A stretch of DNA of 64,000 nucleotides from Octopus sinensis (lineage: Eukaryota). The notes under the pieces were generated by a model. The model worked only from the letters and a program-made list of their open reading frames with translations. It ran no database searches and was not told the origin of the DNA. The position numbers and the translations under genes are program-made. The DNA lies in NCBI RefSeq assembly GCF_006345805.1, contig NC_042997.1, positions 146,258,001-146,322,000 on the forward strand. The letters run 5' to 3'. This document shows, one piece after another, positions 42,703 through 55,608 of the stretch; positions within the stretch are counted from its first letter, which is position 1, and every line of letters starts with the position of its first letter.

Positions 42703-44074
42703 TTATATAATTTCATTTCATCATTAGTTAAACAAATTTAATCCATAATAAATTTGAAAACAACTGGAACAAAATAGTAAACAGTTACGAAAACCACAAA
42801 GTTCCCCAGTAAACTACTGAGGTCGAATCAATCGACTAACACGCATTCTCTCACTTGATGGGCTTGTGCCTATATTAGAAGCACTTGTATATTTCTAGTG
42901 ACATCATATATTACTAGCTATCAAAATCTTTCCTCGTCCATTTCCGATCTGCCTCGGACAATCTGCGTCATTGTATCTGTCAAAGTCAATCGTTGACCAG
43001 AAGCCTCATAAGATTTGCTGTTCGCTTTTTTGAGTTGCCTTTTTTCTCTCTTCAACTATTTTTCTCTCATTCTGTTTCTTTAAATTTTCGTTCCTTCTTA
43101 TCCTTTTGTCTCTCTACGCCTGCTTATTTCTCTGTCTCTATCTCTCCCCTTCTCTCTTTATCGTTTCTTCCTTTCTATTATTCTCTTTATCTTTTCCGTT
43201 TCTTTTCTTGTTGATGTTAGACAAAAAGAGTGGGGTATCTATTCTTTCGGTTTTTATGTTAAACTTGAAAGAAATATATATCCTTCATTTTTTGGTCTAA
43301 CCAGACATCAACAAGGAAAGAAAATTTATCAAAAGAAACTGAGGGATAAGGAAACAACAAAGAAAGACAAGTAGAGAGATTTGGCAATAGAGGGACAGGG
43401 AGGGGGAAATAGAGAAATGGGAGAAAAACTTAAAAAAGAATAAGAGGACAGACTAAACGGAAACTTGTAAACCTAGCACAAAACATACTCATAGGTAATA
43501 TCACTGTCCAAAAGATCTAGCCAATAGGTGACTTTAACAGATACAATAGATATATACATATTATTATTTATTTCATTAGTGTAGCTTTGTTATTCTGCGA
43601 ATAAAAATAACGTAAATATAAAGATAACTGCCATTTGTTAGAAGTTTCAATTTAACTATGGTGTCTTATTTTGGGACGAGACCACCAGCTTTTAAAAATG
43701 GGAGATTCGCTCCAGAACTTGACTGATATATTATTTTATCAATTCCAGAACGGGAAAGGGTAAAGTCGACCTCAGCGGAATTTAAACTACGAACAGAAAG
43801 AGTCGGAGAAAATACCGCTCAGCATTTTGTCCGATATTCTAATGATTCTGCCAGCTCGCCGCCTTAAGTTTTAATTTTATAATGGCTTAAAATTTTGGCA
43901 CAGAACTAGTGGCTTTTGAGGGGAGGAGTTAAGTCGTTTACACTGACCCCCAGTACTTGACTGGTACTTATTTTATCGACTTCAATGGCATTTGAACTTC
44001 AATGAAATGCAAAAATAATATTCTTTCTGAAATTATATTAATGACATAATTTGACGTAGGCATGGTTGTGTGGT

Positions 44075-44213
44075 GATAACTTTGCTTCCCAACCACATGG
44101 TTCCGCGTTCAGTCCCACTGCGCGGTACCTTTGGCAAGTGTTTTTTTTCTATAACTTCGGGCCAAACAAAACCTTGTAAGTGGAATAGGTAGACAGAATC
44201 TGAAAGATGCGCG

Positions 44214-44253
<40 letters not shown>

Positions 44254-44575
44254 ATGAGACCACCTTCGGTCATGACAAAGACCATGGGATTGAACCTAGA
44301 AAGTTAACCTCCCAGGTACAAGTCCGGGCAATATTGTTTATGGAAGACCAGCAGTCGCCCATGCATACCGGCCTCCGCTCTCCAAAGAAAAGGCAAGAGT
44401 AGATACAGCTGGCACCTGTGACGTCGCAACTCATTTCTACAGCTGAGTGAATTGGAGCAACGTGAAATAAAGTGTCTTGCTCGGTCCGGGATTCGAGCTC
44501 ACAACCTCACGATCGTAAGCTCGATGCTCTAACCACTGAGCCATGCGCCTTCACATATATTATATATATTATAAT

Positions 44576-44632
<57 letters not shown>

Positions 44633-44835
44633 TGTGTGTGTGTGCGAGCTTTTCCTCCATCAGCACATGATAATTGGTGTTGGTGTGCTTACGTTCCTGT
44701 AATTTAGAAGTTAGGCAAAAGAGACGGAAAGAATTAGAATGACTTAAAAAAAATAGTACTGGGATCGAGTCATTCGAGCAGAAGCTCTTCAAGGTGATGC
44801 TCCAGCATGGCCACACTCTATTGACTAAAACGGTT
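44075..44835 (+). mobile_element. SINE family A interrupted by a SINE family D copy (44256-44553, minus)
   Basis: 5' half at 44075-44220 and 3' half at 44645-44835, with D inserted in the TA linker. Confidence 0.7.
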
Positions 44836-44913
44836 CATTAAAACCTGTTGATTTTCTTTTTAATAAATCGAAACTTTATATATTTGATATTTGCTTTCAG
44901 TTAAACACATACA

Positions 44914-44948
<35 letters not shown>

Positions 44949-46009
44949 CATGCATGCACACATACACACACACAGCACGCACGCACACATGCACAGCACA
45001 CACGCACACACACAGCACGCACGCACACACACAGACGCACGCATGCGCACAAACGCACACAAATATGCGGTGTTTTTTCGTTAACATAATACACATACAA
45101 ACACATATATACACATATATATACACATACAAATATGATATACATACACACTCACAAACACATGTACATATTTGTACGTGTAATTTCAGGCGTGTATGTA
45201 TGTATGTATGTATGTATATATGTATGCATGTATGTATGTAACTGCATGCATACGTATGTTTAAATTCATATGTGAATGTGTGTGTATAAGTATTTATGTA
45301 TTGAGAAACAGACATACTATACTTACATAATACCCAATTTCCACACTATTTGAACAGCTACTTTTTCTTGTTTACTTTTTTTTTTTTTGTATGTCAGGTA
45401 AAAAGAAAGGAGAGACAAGAAACAAGAGAGTCGGTGAGAGGCCAGTGGGGAACATGGAAAATATTTCACCGGTCGTATGTTAACAGAAGAAACACTTGGT
45501 CGACGGCTCGGTGATAAAACAGCTTCTGTTACCCTTTGATGTGGTGACTAAGTTTAGTGAATCACATCATTCTGTTGACCGTATGTCATATCAGTTATTT
45601 ATTTGACAATGAAACACTTGGCCGCTGAATTACCAATTTTCTCTTTAAAAAGTACATGTATCTGCTAGTTAAAAGAAAGAAACAACAAAAAAAAAAAAAC
45701 AACAGCAACAATAATAAGACCAACAATGAAAGCGCATTTCCAGAGAGGCCTTATCACGTGACCAAGTAGGTAATAAACACATATGAGAACTGTCTTTATA
45801 TAGATGCTAACGAAAAAGATTGTTTTATTTTGAAGCACAAAAGACATATTTTAAGGGAAGGGAAATACACGGTGTGATGGTAATGCCTTTCATAAATGTA
45901 TTAGCAGTGCTTGTTTTAATAACTGGCTATCATGAATCTCTTTCTCGCTCTCAAAAATGGCCATTTTAAAAATATTGTTTTAGAAATATGTCTAGAGTAC
46001 GCTTGAGAA

Positions 46010-46415
46010 TACAACTGGTCAAAATGGAGGCCTCTCCAAAGGATCTCTGCTGTAATGTTACTCGATAGGAAACGTAGTTCAGAGATTAGGGTATGTCTAC
46101 AAGTCGAGCCACTATTTCTCTGTATTGTGAGATCACAGCTCTGATATTATGGGCATATGGTCAGAATGTTGCAGGAAAGGATCGCATGACAGCTTCTTCA
46201 AGCTGAGTTAACCGACAAGAGACCCCGGGGTAGACCAAAAGCGAGATGGTTAGATGATATCCATAGTTTCAGTTGGTCACGATTGGGAATCCAGAAGGAA
46301 ATTGTAATGATGGTTGCTTGTAATAGGACCCTAAGGAAGGAGATGCTTGAGGATTCGAACCTCAGAACTCTCCCCGGAATAACAGGCAGAGAAAATGGAT
46401 GGATGGATGGATGAA
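46010..46415 (+). mobile_element. RTE-clade LINE 3' fragment
   Basis: EPLFLCIVRSQL*YYGHMVRM...KRPRGRPKARWLDDI; (GGAT)n tail. Confidence 0.8.
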
Positions 46416-49245
46416 GATGTTTTGAAGCGTATATTTCTGGATTGAAACATGCACGCAGATGATTTTACTTTGGGTTGTTCCAGATGATTGACAAGAGCAT
46501 CAGAACGGCTGATGGCTGAATTAGCAGAGCATCGGATCAAAGTACCTTGCGGTACTTAGTTACGCTCTTTTACGCATTGAGTTTCCATCCCACTGAAGCC
46601 TGTTTCATCGCTTTTCATCTTTGCCTGTGTTGGAAAAATATACCAGTTGTAGTTTTTGTCCCAAATCAACCCTGACGAGGCAAGGCTGTGATTAAAGGAT
46701 TTCAATCCATAACCATCTCATTTATTTCTCATGTTACGTACATAGTATTACATTAACCAACATGACCTTCGTTTTTTAAACGGTATAATCTGGTGTAAGA
46801 GAAATTTGGCTACTTTTTCTGGGGTATCAAGTGACCACGTCGAGGTTTTTCTTTGGCTCTTCTGTTTGAAGGAAGACTTCTGACTATGGAGATAAGATCT
46901 AGATGAAGTCTATAAGCAAGTATCTTATTAACAAGATTTCATTTCCATAGACATGGCAGCTAAATCTCCCTCAAATCATAGCCAATTGTTTTGAAAAATG
47001 GATACACAGGATAATGGACACACAGGAAAGATTGTCCTGACAGTAACGCCTTTCAGTGTTCATAGTTTTGCTCGATTATGGTCACCAAAGAACAACAACA
47101 ACAGCAACAATAACAACAACAGCAACAACAATAACACTACAAGGTGTTAGCAGAGAAGTATGCTGTAATGTAGTCTTATTGTTGTTTAGCCCGATGCCAT
47201 CTCTGATTAAATGAATCTATTATCAAAGACGTTATCAAGGCCGGATACAAAAAGTGACAGAACCCTGGGACCGTTGGCGTTCCCGTCCGTCTTCACGTCC
47301 TTGGTTCAAATTCCGCCGAGGTCGACTTTGCCTTTCATCCATTCGGAGTCGATGAAATAAGTGCCAGTTGAACACTGAGGTCGATGTAATCGACTTAGAC
47401 CCCACCCTAAAAAATGCTAGCCTTGTGCCGAAATTTGAAACCAATATTCCTCCATTCTCGTTTGACCTGTATCTTACACAAATACAAAACCATATGAAAT
47501 GAAAGCGAAAATCGGACAATGATCAGTGTGAAGTCGCTAGGTGTTTGGCGAATGTAAAAATCGTGATTCCCGTCCTACGACTTCAATGGTCATCACAAAA
47601 CCCAAATCCTTGCAGGTTTCGGGTACAAAGGAGATGTTTATTTATTTGTATATTTATTCATTATCCTCCAATTTTCTCCACAACCTTCTTTCATCTTCTA
47701 TGCTCTTTTCTACACCCTTAACTGACAAGCTATATCGCTACAGCGGTCCAATTGAGGTGACAAGATGCAACGGTGTCTAAAATGGATTAAAGAAACACAT
47801 ATACGAAACAAAAAAAAAAGAAGAAAGAAATGAATAAAATCAACAAAATTTACAAAAACAGAAAACAACAAAAACACACAGCAACAACAACAACAACAAA
47901 CTGTATAATCAATCCGTGTAGATTAAAGTGTCTGCCAGCGACAAGTAATTATATAAAGAAATTGAACAGGAAAGTTTAGAAATAACATCAAAGATGACCA
48001 TCATAGATGATTATGGTGATGTCAATAAATATAATCGAGATGGGAAATGTTGATGTTGGAAGAGATAAGAATATGAAAGAGTTGAGGTGTGGTGTTGGTG
48101 GTGGTGGTGGTCGCCGTCGTGTTGGTGGAGGTGCTGGTGTTGTTGTTAACTCTACCTAAACTACCTATCACCTCTAATATCACTACTAACAAAACCTAGC
48201 GGAGAGCTTTCTCATTATCACCATCATCATTATCTTCTTCTTCTTCTTCTTCTTCTTCTTCTCTTCTTCTTCTTCTTCTTCTTCTTCTTCTTCTTCTCTT
48301 CTTCTTCTTCTCCCTCTCTCTTTCTCTCTATATGCACACAATTACACATATACATACCTACATACATATGTATGCACACATATATATATACGAACCCCTC
48401 CTCCTTCCATATTTTATCCTCTTCTTCCTCCTCCTTTTCCTCACCTTCATCCCGGCATGGCCGCCATCATCCTCATGTCCATCATCATCATCATCATATC
48501 GTCGCCGGTGTCGCTGCGTTCTTCGCTATATTTTACAGTTCTTTCTCTTTCTTTTTCAGAAACTTCCTTTATTTTTTTATAATTATTGAATGCATATATA
48601 ATAGATATTTTGTGTGCGCGCGCGCGTGTATGTGTGTGTGTGAGAACGTGCGTGTATGTGTATGAAAGCGCGCGCGTTCGTGTGTGTATATATAGATAAA
48701 CACACAGACGCATAAATGTACACACGAACTCACTCATATATATATATAATTAAGTTCGGCCAAGATATAAACTATTCAAAAACGAAGTAGAGAGTAATTA
48801 TTAATTATAAATACTGCAACTATTATTTCTTCCTCATCCGAGTTCCGTGAAACAGGTTTTCAAGAGGACAAAATTCTACGCAGGAACAATGTTTCAGAGT
48901 GACAAAAGTGGGAAGTGACAATTCTTATTAATTTTGAAACAAAATCAGCAGTTCTGAATGGAGGACGTTAATCGATATTGGTTTGAAACGTAATTCTTGA
49001 GAACTGAAGTGACAAATTTACCTTATCTTGGCTTACTCATTTTGCCCCAGCTAAATTTGTCTTTTATACCCTCAAAGAGGACGGTGGTAATATTTTCGGA
49101 AATAGTGCTAAGATTATGTTATAATTGTTTTTAATTCAGAGAAGCACCCTAAATTTGTAAGATATTGAACGTTTGTAAAAAATATTGTTTTCTCAAAGCC
49201 CAAAATACTGTAAAAGTTCCTCATTGTGCCCTGCCCCCATACCCC

Positions 49246-49276
<31 letters not shown>

Positions 49277-49338
49277 ATATATATATAATATATATATATA
49301 TAGATATATATATATATAGTTTTATATATATGTATATA

Positions 49339-49740
49339 GCAATAATAAATCTCTGAACGAGATATAAACAGTAATTGCACGACAATGTGAGGTATACTTG
49401 CCATCTCAATATGGCTAACCACTAAGGGTGGGTGTTACTGTAGCTTGTAGCCCCAGGAGAACACCGTCTCCAGCTGGCATTAGGCACACTTTCTGTGCCC
49501 TTATGGTATTTGAAAAGGGAGATCACCCTTCCTCGTCAACCTAAGTGATACGCACGGACTGCAGTTTCTAGGTTTTGACCTGTCCTCAGCGTACGACAAT
49601 CACCGGTTTTCGATGAAGGGAGGTCCCAATGCAAATTCTTATATCGTTTTTCCAATAATTTTTCGTCAATGATTTCGAAAAACTGTCTGCAAGCAATAAT
49701 AAATCTCTGAACGAGATATAAACAGTAACTGCACGACAAT
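49339..49740 (-). mobile_element. Penelope-like pLTR/retrozyme-like unit (354-bp period) with HHR
   Basis: 48-bp direct repeats at 49339-49386 and 49693-49740 (1 mismatch) enclose the HHR at 49551-49595. Confidence 0.7.
49551..49595 (-). ncRNA. Minimal type-I hammerhead ribozyme
   Basis: Minus strand: CGTACG CTGAGGA c AGGT-CAAA-ACCT a GAAA CTGCAG T C|CGTGCG. Stem I 6 bp, palindromic ACTGCAGT stem III, C.A mismatch at 10.1/11.1. Confidence 0.75.
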
Positions 49741-49805
49741 TGTACCGTATTTTACAATCCTGTAAATAATAATGATGGTATTTTTATATAAGCTTAAATC
49801 TTATG

Positions 49806-50059
49806 GCGATCACCGTGCAATGACTATGGAAAATAGTCTAATAAAAGGGCATATAAGACCCCAACAGAAAAAAAGAAGGCTTTCCTATCCGTGTGAGACG
49901 CGAACGCACATCCTTTGTTAACACGACTGTGTTACCTTTACACCAGTGGGTGTAAAGGTAACACACTTAGTCGCGGATAGGAAAGCCTTCTTTTTTTCTA
50001 TTGAAGGCTTATACGCCCCTTTATTAGACTATTTTCCCTAGTCATTGCACGGTGATCGC
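49806..50059. repeat. Long palindromic element with divergent tRNA-like heads
   Basis: Outer arms about 90 bp; inner 16-bp stem 49929-49944/49949-49964. Confidence 0.85.
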
Positions 50060-50217
50060 TTGCTTCACAACATGCCAAAATTTAGAAATAGCAGTTAAAT
50101 ACTATTCTACTACCATAAGATAGCTCCCAGACAGCAATATTCTCACTGTCTAGGAATCTTATGGTAGTAGAATAGTATTTAACTGGTATTTCTAAATTTC
50201 GGTATGTGGTGAAGCAA
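50060..50217. repeat. Second palindrome directly abutting the first
   Basis: TTGCTTCAC...AATACTATTCTACTACCATAAGAT / ATCTTATGGTAGTAGAATAGTATT...GTGAAGCAA. Confidence 0.85.
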
Positions 50218-50366
50218 TTTTGCTAAGCCCTAATTATAATTATGTTTATAATTATAATAATTTTTGCATAAGTTTGCCAATAATACTTCTTTTAACATAC
50301 CGAACTACTTGGTAAGATTATTAATTATAAATTGATTAATTAATTTTACCCTTTATTATTATTGAT

Positions 50367-50399
<33 letters not shown>

Positions 50400-51074
50400 A
50401 TGTTTGTGTGTATGTATGTATAAAGAATAAAAGATCCCCATTCATCAAGAATGACCATAGAATTGCACCTACAAAGTCCCCACCGATGTACAAGTCCGAG
50501 CAAGATTGTTTGTGGAAGACCAGCAGTCACACATGCGCACAAGTCTTCCCTCTTTACACCACCGATGTTGTCCAAGGGAAAGGCAAAAGCCGACACAGTT
50601 TGGTAACAGTGACGTCGCGATTCAGAGTGTCTAGTAGCATGTATTTGAACAACATAGACAAATACTGCTATATCAAATACCATATCTGTATTTGTACAAA
50701 TCATTAGAACTAATTCTACTATTGAATCATTAATACTAATTGATTCTCTGCCTGAAAAATTCCTAATACGACATATCTTACAAATTTTCTCCTACATGTG
50801 CAAGTTTGTAACTCCTATTACCAAATGAAACACGTGTAATGGTGAATAAAAAGTACTAAAAATATCATTACTCCGCAGAAAATATTTTCCAGCATTTTCA
50901 ACTCCTACATAAAAGTCACACAAATATAACTTCTACATACAGAATTGAAATACTGAAATAAGCATATGTACTTCAAGAGGACACAGCTTGGATTTTAACC
51001 CTATGACCATGATATATACATATCAATACACACACACACGCACACTCACATATATACATATGTATATACATACA

Positions 51075-51113
<39 letters not shown>

Positions 51114-51136
51114 GTGTATATATATGTATATATATG

Positions 51137-51192
<56 letters not shown>

Positions 51193-52050
51193 GTATACAT
51201 ATGTGTGTGTATATATATATATATTATATATATATATTATATATATATATATATTATATATATATATATACGCACACATACATATACTCTTTGCCAGATG
51301 GAGTGTTGATTTCAATGTCAACGAGATGAAATAATGTCGTTGCTCGTTCTGCCTTTATCGGGCATTTTACACATACCTACCTAAACACACCTAATTGTTT
51401 GTAGTGAAAATAGTGTATCAAATGAAAGGGAGAACTTGGGTATCTAATTTCAAATCGATAACAAAGAGAAAAAGTGAGACAGATTACTGTACTGTAAGAG
51501 CTCCTCTTCACAAGGACCCATTTCAATCAATTCTCTTCCTTAAGCCGTTGTTTCGGTCGCTTATATAGCGATAGAATAGCTTTAGTTGGATTGTTTCTAT
51601 TTAGGTATACAACAGATATCACAATAAACTGCTCATATTTCTGTGCAACATCTCTCGGTAAAATGTACGAAACAGGGCTACTTCTAACTTCATGTTTATC
51701 TTCTGAATTAGTGTCACAATCATTACTATATTTTAACAGTATATCCCTTGTCGTATTTTATCTATCCAGTGTGATTGATAGTGTATTAAGAAAGAAAGGT
51801 GTTCACATCAACCAAAATAAACCGAAAAAACATGTCAGTCGGTTTTTGTTTTAAATGAATTTCTCTTCGTTGTAATTAAATAATCAAGATTGACTCATAG
51901 AAGTTGTTTATTTTTTGGCAAGATATGACTGAACTACGTAGCAACATTATTTTAGAATAGCTTTAAATGTATAGTGGTTATTGGTAAGATCAACAGAACT
52001 CATATGTAGAAATATATTTGTTTAACGAACTGACAAGCATTCAGCACCGA

Positions 52051-52094
<44 letters not shown>

Positions 52095-52335
52095 TACACT
52101 CTTACAGTACAAAGACATGTATAGACACACACGTTTGTATGTAATACTATTAGAGATATAGACACACATATATCTACGTATGTATATGCATAAAGATGTA
52201 TGTATGTATGTATGTATGTATGTATGTATATATATATATATACATGCATACATAATATATGGATATACATATACATACATATATATATACATATATACAT
52301 ATACATATATACATATACATATACATACATATACA

Positions 52336-52390
<55 letters not shown>

Positions 52391-52409
52391 GTGTTTGTGT
52401 ATGTATTTG

Positions 52410-52447
<38 letters not shown>

Positions 52448-53032
52448 GACGTATAGATACACACACGCAAGCACACATACAGACGCACAAACACAGACAC
52501 ACACACATACATATATACTTAAATGTATAGATACACATATGCATATACCCTTGCATGTATGAGAGTATGTGTGTGTCTGTTAATGTGTGCCTCTAGGTAA
52601 TACAAAAATTGGTTTACTGGCGGTCTCTCTTCAATAATATGAACAATGCTAGTAGGCAAATTGTCGCTGAAGAATTTCACTCAATGTGTATACAGTATAG
52701 TTAGGAAAGTGAAATATTGTAAACAATTCCACCCAGGTAAAAAAAAAAAGTTGCGGTAGAAATGTCAAGTAGGATAGATTTCTTTTTACGCATGATATGT
52801 TGATACTATTACTCACAGTCTGTTCATCTACATAGACAACAATATTTATACGAAGTGTTGTAAATGAAGGTTTGACATAGAAATATGGCCACCTCGTCTG
52901 TAATATAATTGCCTGTCTTAGCAAGAAGAACATACTTTGTAATGTTTAACAAATTATCGCGTACGTTTTCACATTGACGCTAATTTTAATCTTATACTAA
53001 AATACTCGCATTGATATATATGTATGTATACA

Positions 53033-53092
<60 letters not shown>

Positions 53093-53738
53093 AGAGGGAG
53101 TAACAGAGAGAGAGAGGAGAAAGATGAGCTGTCTCTCCTTGTTAGTTGAAGAAGTGTAAATACGTCAGAATAAGCTAAAAGTTTACGCAAGCAGCGTACA
53201 GCTCCAAAGGGACATTGCCAGACGAAAAGAAAACGTGGCATAAAACTAAAAGATAATTCTTTCTAATCTTGGCACAAGACCTGCAATTTTGAAAGAAGAT
53301 TACAACGACTCCAGTACTTGATTGGTACTTTATGTTATCGCCCTTGAAAAGATGAAATGCAAACGTCATCTTAAACAGAATTTGAAGTCTTGAAGTCACA
53401 AGGCAAAGAGCCAGAAAAAAAGAATTCTTTCTAACTTTGATACAAGGCAAGCAATTCTAAGAGAAGGGGTAACTGATTGCATCGATTTCAATATACTACT
53501 GGTACTTACTTTAACAAACCCACATCTCCTGTAGACATGGCCAAAGCAGCCGTTCGAATTTCACTACCTTTTTTTGAAACCTTCATTTTACCAATGAAAA
53601 CTGTATGTTTTTGGCGTCATAATAATTTTATAAACCTTTTTACTAATACGTTCACTCTCGTAGTGCTTGCTGTGTCATCTGCCAGAGAAAAGAACCTTGA
53701 ATTTCTTTAGAAGAGGTGAATTAGTAAACTAAACGAAA

Positions 53739-54038
53739 ATATTTGAGTATAGAAATGTAAAAAGGTTCTCTTTGAAAGATAGTTCGTCAGGATGTCAAAG
53801 ATTTGCTTTCAGAAGCGTCATGGAACAGTAAGTTCATCAGGAAAAAGTTTACAAGCTATGGATTCACAACATGTTAATTGATTTACGTTTCTATTACGTG
53901 CAGAGGGCATTGATACTTACAGATGCGATCCCAACCTGTCAATGGGCACCAACCTGCAATGATGATATAATCACAGTGAAAGCTGAAGATAATGTTGATG
54001 CGGTCACTTTAGTTTTTGAATCTACAAGTCAAGAAAAA
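53739..54038 (+). pseudogene. PCNA: PCNA pseudogene, intronless, roughly codons 1-110
   Basis: With frameshift repair it reads [70 protein letters not shown][about 30 nt deleted]-NDDIITVKAEDNVDAVTLVFESTSQEK. This is collinear with the PCNA N-terminus (MFEARLVQGSILKK...SMDSSHV...RCDRNLAMGVNL...EDIITLRAEDNAD...FEAPNQEK). Stops at 53773-53775 and 53879-53881; start codon decayed to ATA. Confidence 0.9.
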
Positions 54039-54095
54039 GACTGCTCATATATATATGCATATATGTATGTGTGTGTGTATATATATATATATATA

Positions 54096-54430
54096 AATTC
54101 AACAACAATTGAGGCGCGAGTACGATGGTTTTGAAAATTTTAGGGTAGATATTCCTAGGGTATAGATACAGATGCCTCGTGTATATCCGTCTCTCCTGGC
54201 CTCTTTACCGATGAGGTGTAGCCTTTGGTGGACTGACTTAATTTAATTTAATTAAGCTGGTTTGCCATTAAAAACACCGAAACAATGCATTGTCTAAAGA
54301 TGATTTAGGGTAAATGTTTTTAAATTTTCTCTAATTCCTGAATTACTACTACTTGGCGGTTTGAGTCATGGCTGCTCTTTCTAGTGGGTCGAATGGCCTA
54401 TTAAGGCCATTCCTCAATTGTTGTTGAATT
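54096..54430 (+). mobile_element. HHR-bearing Penelope-like unit bounded by 19-bp inverted repeats
   Basis: AATTCAACAACAATTGAGG (54096-54114) and CCTCAATTGTTGTTGAATT (54412-54430) flank the HHR at 54202-54300. Confidence 0.6.
54202..54300 (+). ncRNA. Type-I hammerhead ribozyme with long stem II and U4C core
   Basis: TCTTTA CCGATGA GGTGT...ACACC GAAA CAATGCATTG T C|TAAAGA. Stem I is a perfect 6 bp, stem III is palindromic, and stem II is extended by TGGTGGAC/GTTTGCCA and CTTAATT/AATTAAG. Confidence 0.75.
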
Positions 54431-54665
54431 ATTATATAGTCTTTAACTATTTTCTCTTTCTCACTAGACCGCTGGTGGCGATAAATTTCTATTGAATTTT
54501 TTGCTACCCTATATTGATTAATATATATATATATATATATATATTGGCCTGCTCGCTTAGCCAGCGGGGTGGCGTCATTTGAAGGCTAAAAACAATGCAA
54601 AGCGCATTGTGACCAGTGATGTGTAGCAGCATCTGATAGCCTGGTCAGTCACGGTGATCAGGGTG

Positions 54666-54728
<63 letters not shown>

Positions 54729-54845
54729 TGTATAATATATAATATATATATGTATGTATATATGTGTGTATATATTATGTATATATGTATGTATGTATGC
54801 ATGTATGTATGTATGTATGTATGTGTGTGTGTGTGTGTTTGTATA

Positions 54846-55052
54846 CGAGGGGTGCTGAACAGTCTCTGGCTTTAAGGGTATCGTGAAACGCTTGGTTGGA
54901 GCCCAGCCATCCGATTTCTTTTACAGGGTTTAGAAAATCTGAAGGACCGTCGCAATAAGCGTGTGAAACTGAGAGGGAAATATGTTGAATAGAATCGTAA
55001 TGAAATGATCCTCTAGTATTTTCTTTTACCAGAAACGTTTCAGCACCCGTCG
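54846..55052 (+). mobile_element. Mariner-derived MITE
   Basis: TIRs CGAGGGGTGCTGAAC / GTTTCAGCACCCGTCG; retains a transposase C-terminus (LKDRRNKRVKLRGKYVE*). Confidence 0.7.
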
Positions 55053-55174
55053 TGTATATATATATAAACTAGGGTGCGTTGCGTTTCGTTACATAATAAA
55101 TGAAAAAAATGTATAGTAAATGCACAAACAAAAGTAAAAAACGTTTAATGAATGCATCTTTTTTTCTCTCCCCC

Positions 55175-55608
55175 TTTTTTTTTATACCGGTTGCGTAGTT
55201 GACCGGTCGTCTATTTGTTGCTTTTCTAATGCTTTAGGATTGCCCTCTAAGCGTAACTAACCATTCGTTCTTTTGGCTCTAAGGCTGTATTCTCTCCGTT
55301 TCATATTTATCTCGTTGTGTCCTTCGTCCTTCGTCTTGAATTACACTCATTCACTTTTGTATGTCTACTTCTGCATCGCCTGTATTCCATGTATTTTTTG
55401 TTCTCGGTCCAATATTCTCCGCAACTTTCGCGGTCACCGCCAGCATGGGAAGCATCTCAGTCTTATTATAAATGGTACGAAACTGAGTAATACCATCTAG
55501 CTGATAACTGATGAAGAATAAGGGACCTTCTCGTTTTATTTTCCGTCCGTTTATGCACTTAATATACGTCTTTTACTTTTCGTTTCTACATTTACTATAC
55601 ATTTTTCA

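Noticed and set aside
51540-51800. Minus-strand coding-like frame and TCGCT/AGCGA-GAAAC hairpin
   Set aside because: No recognisable protein motif and no CUGANGA core.
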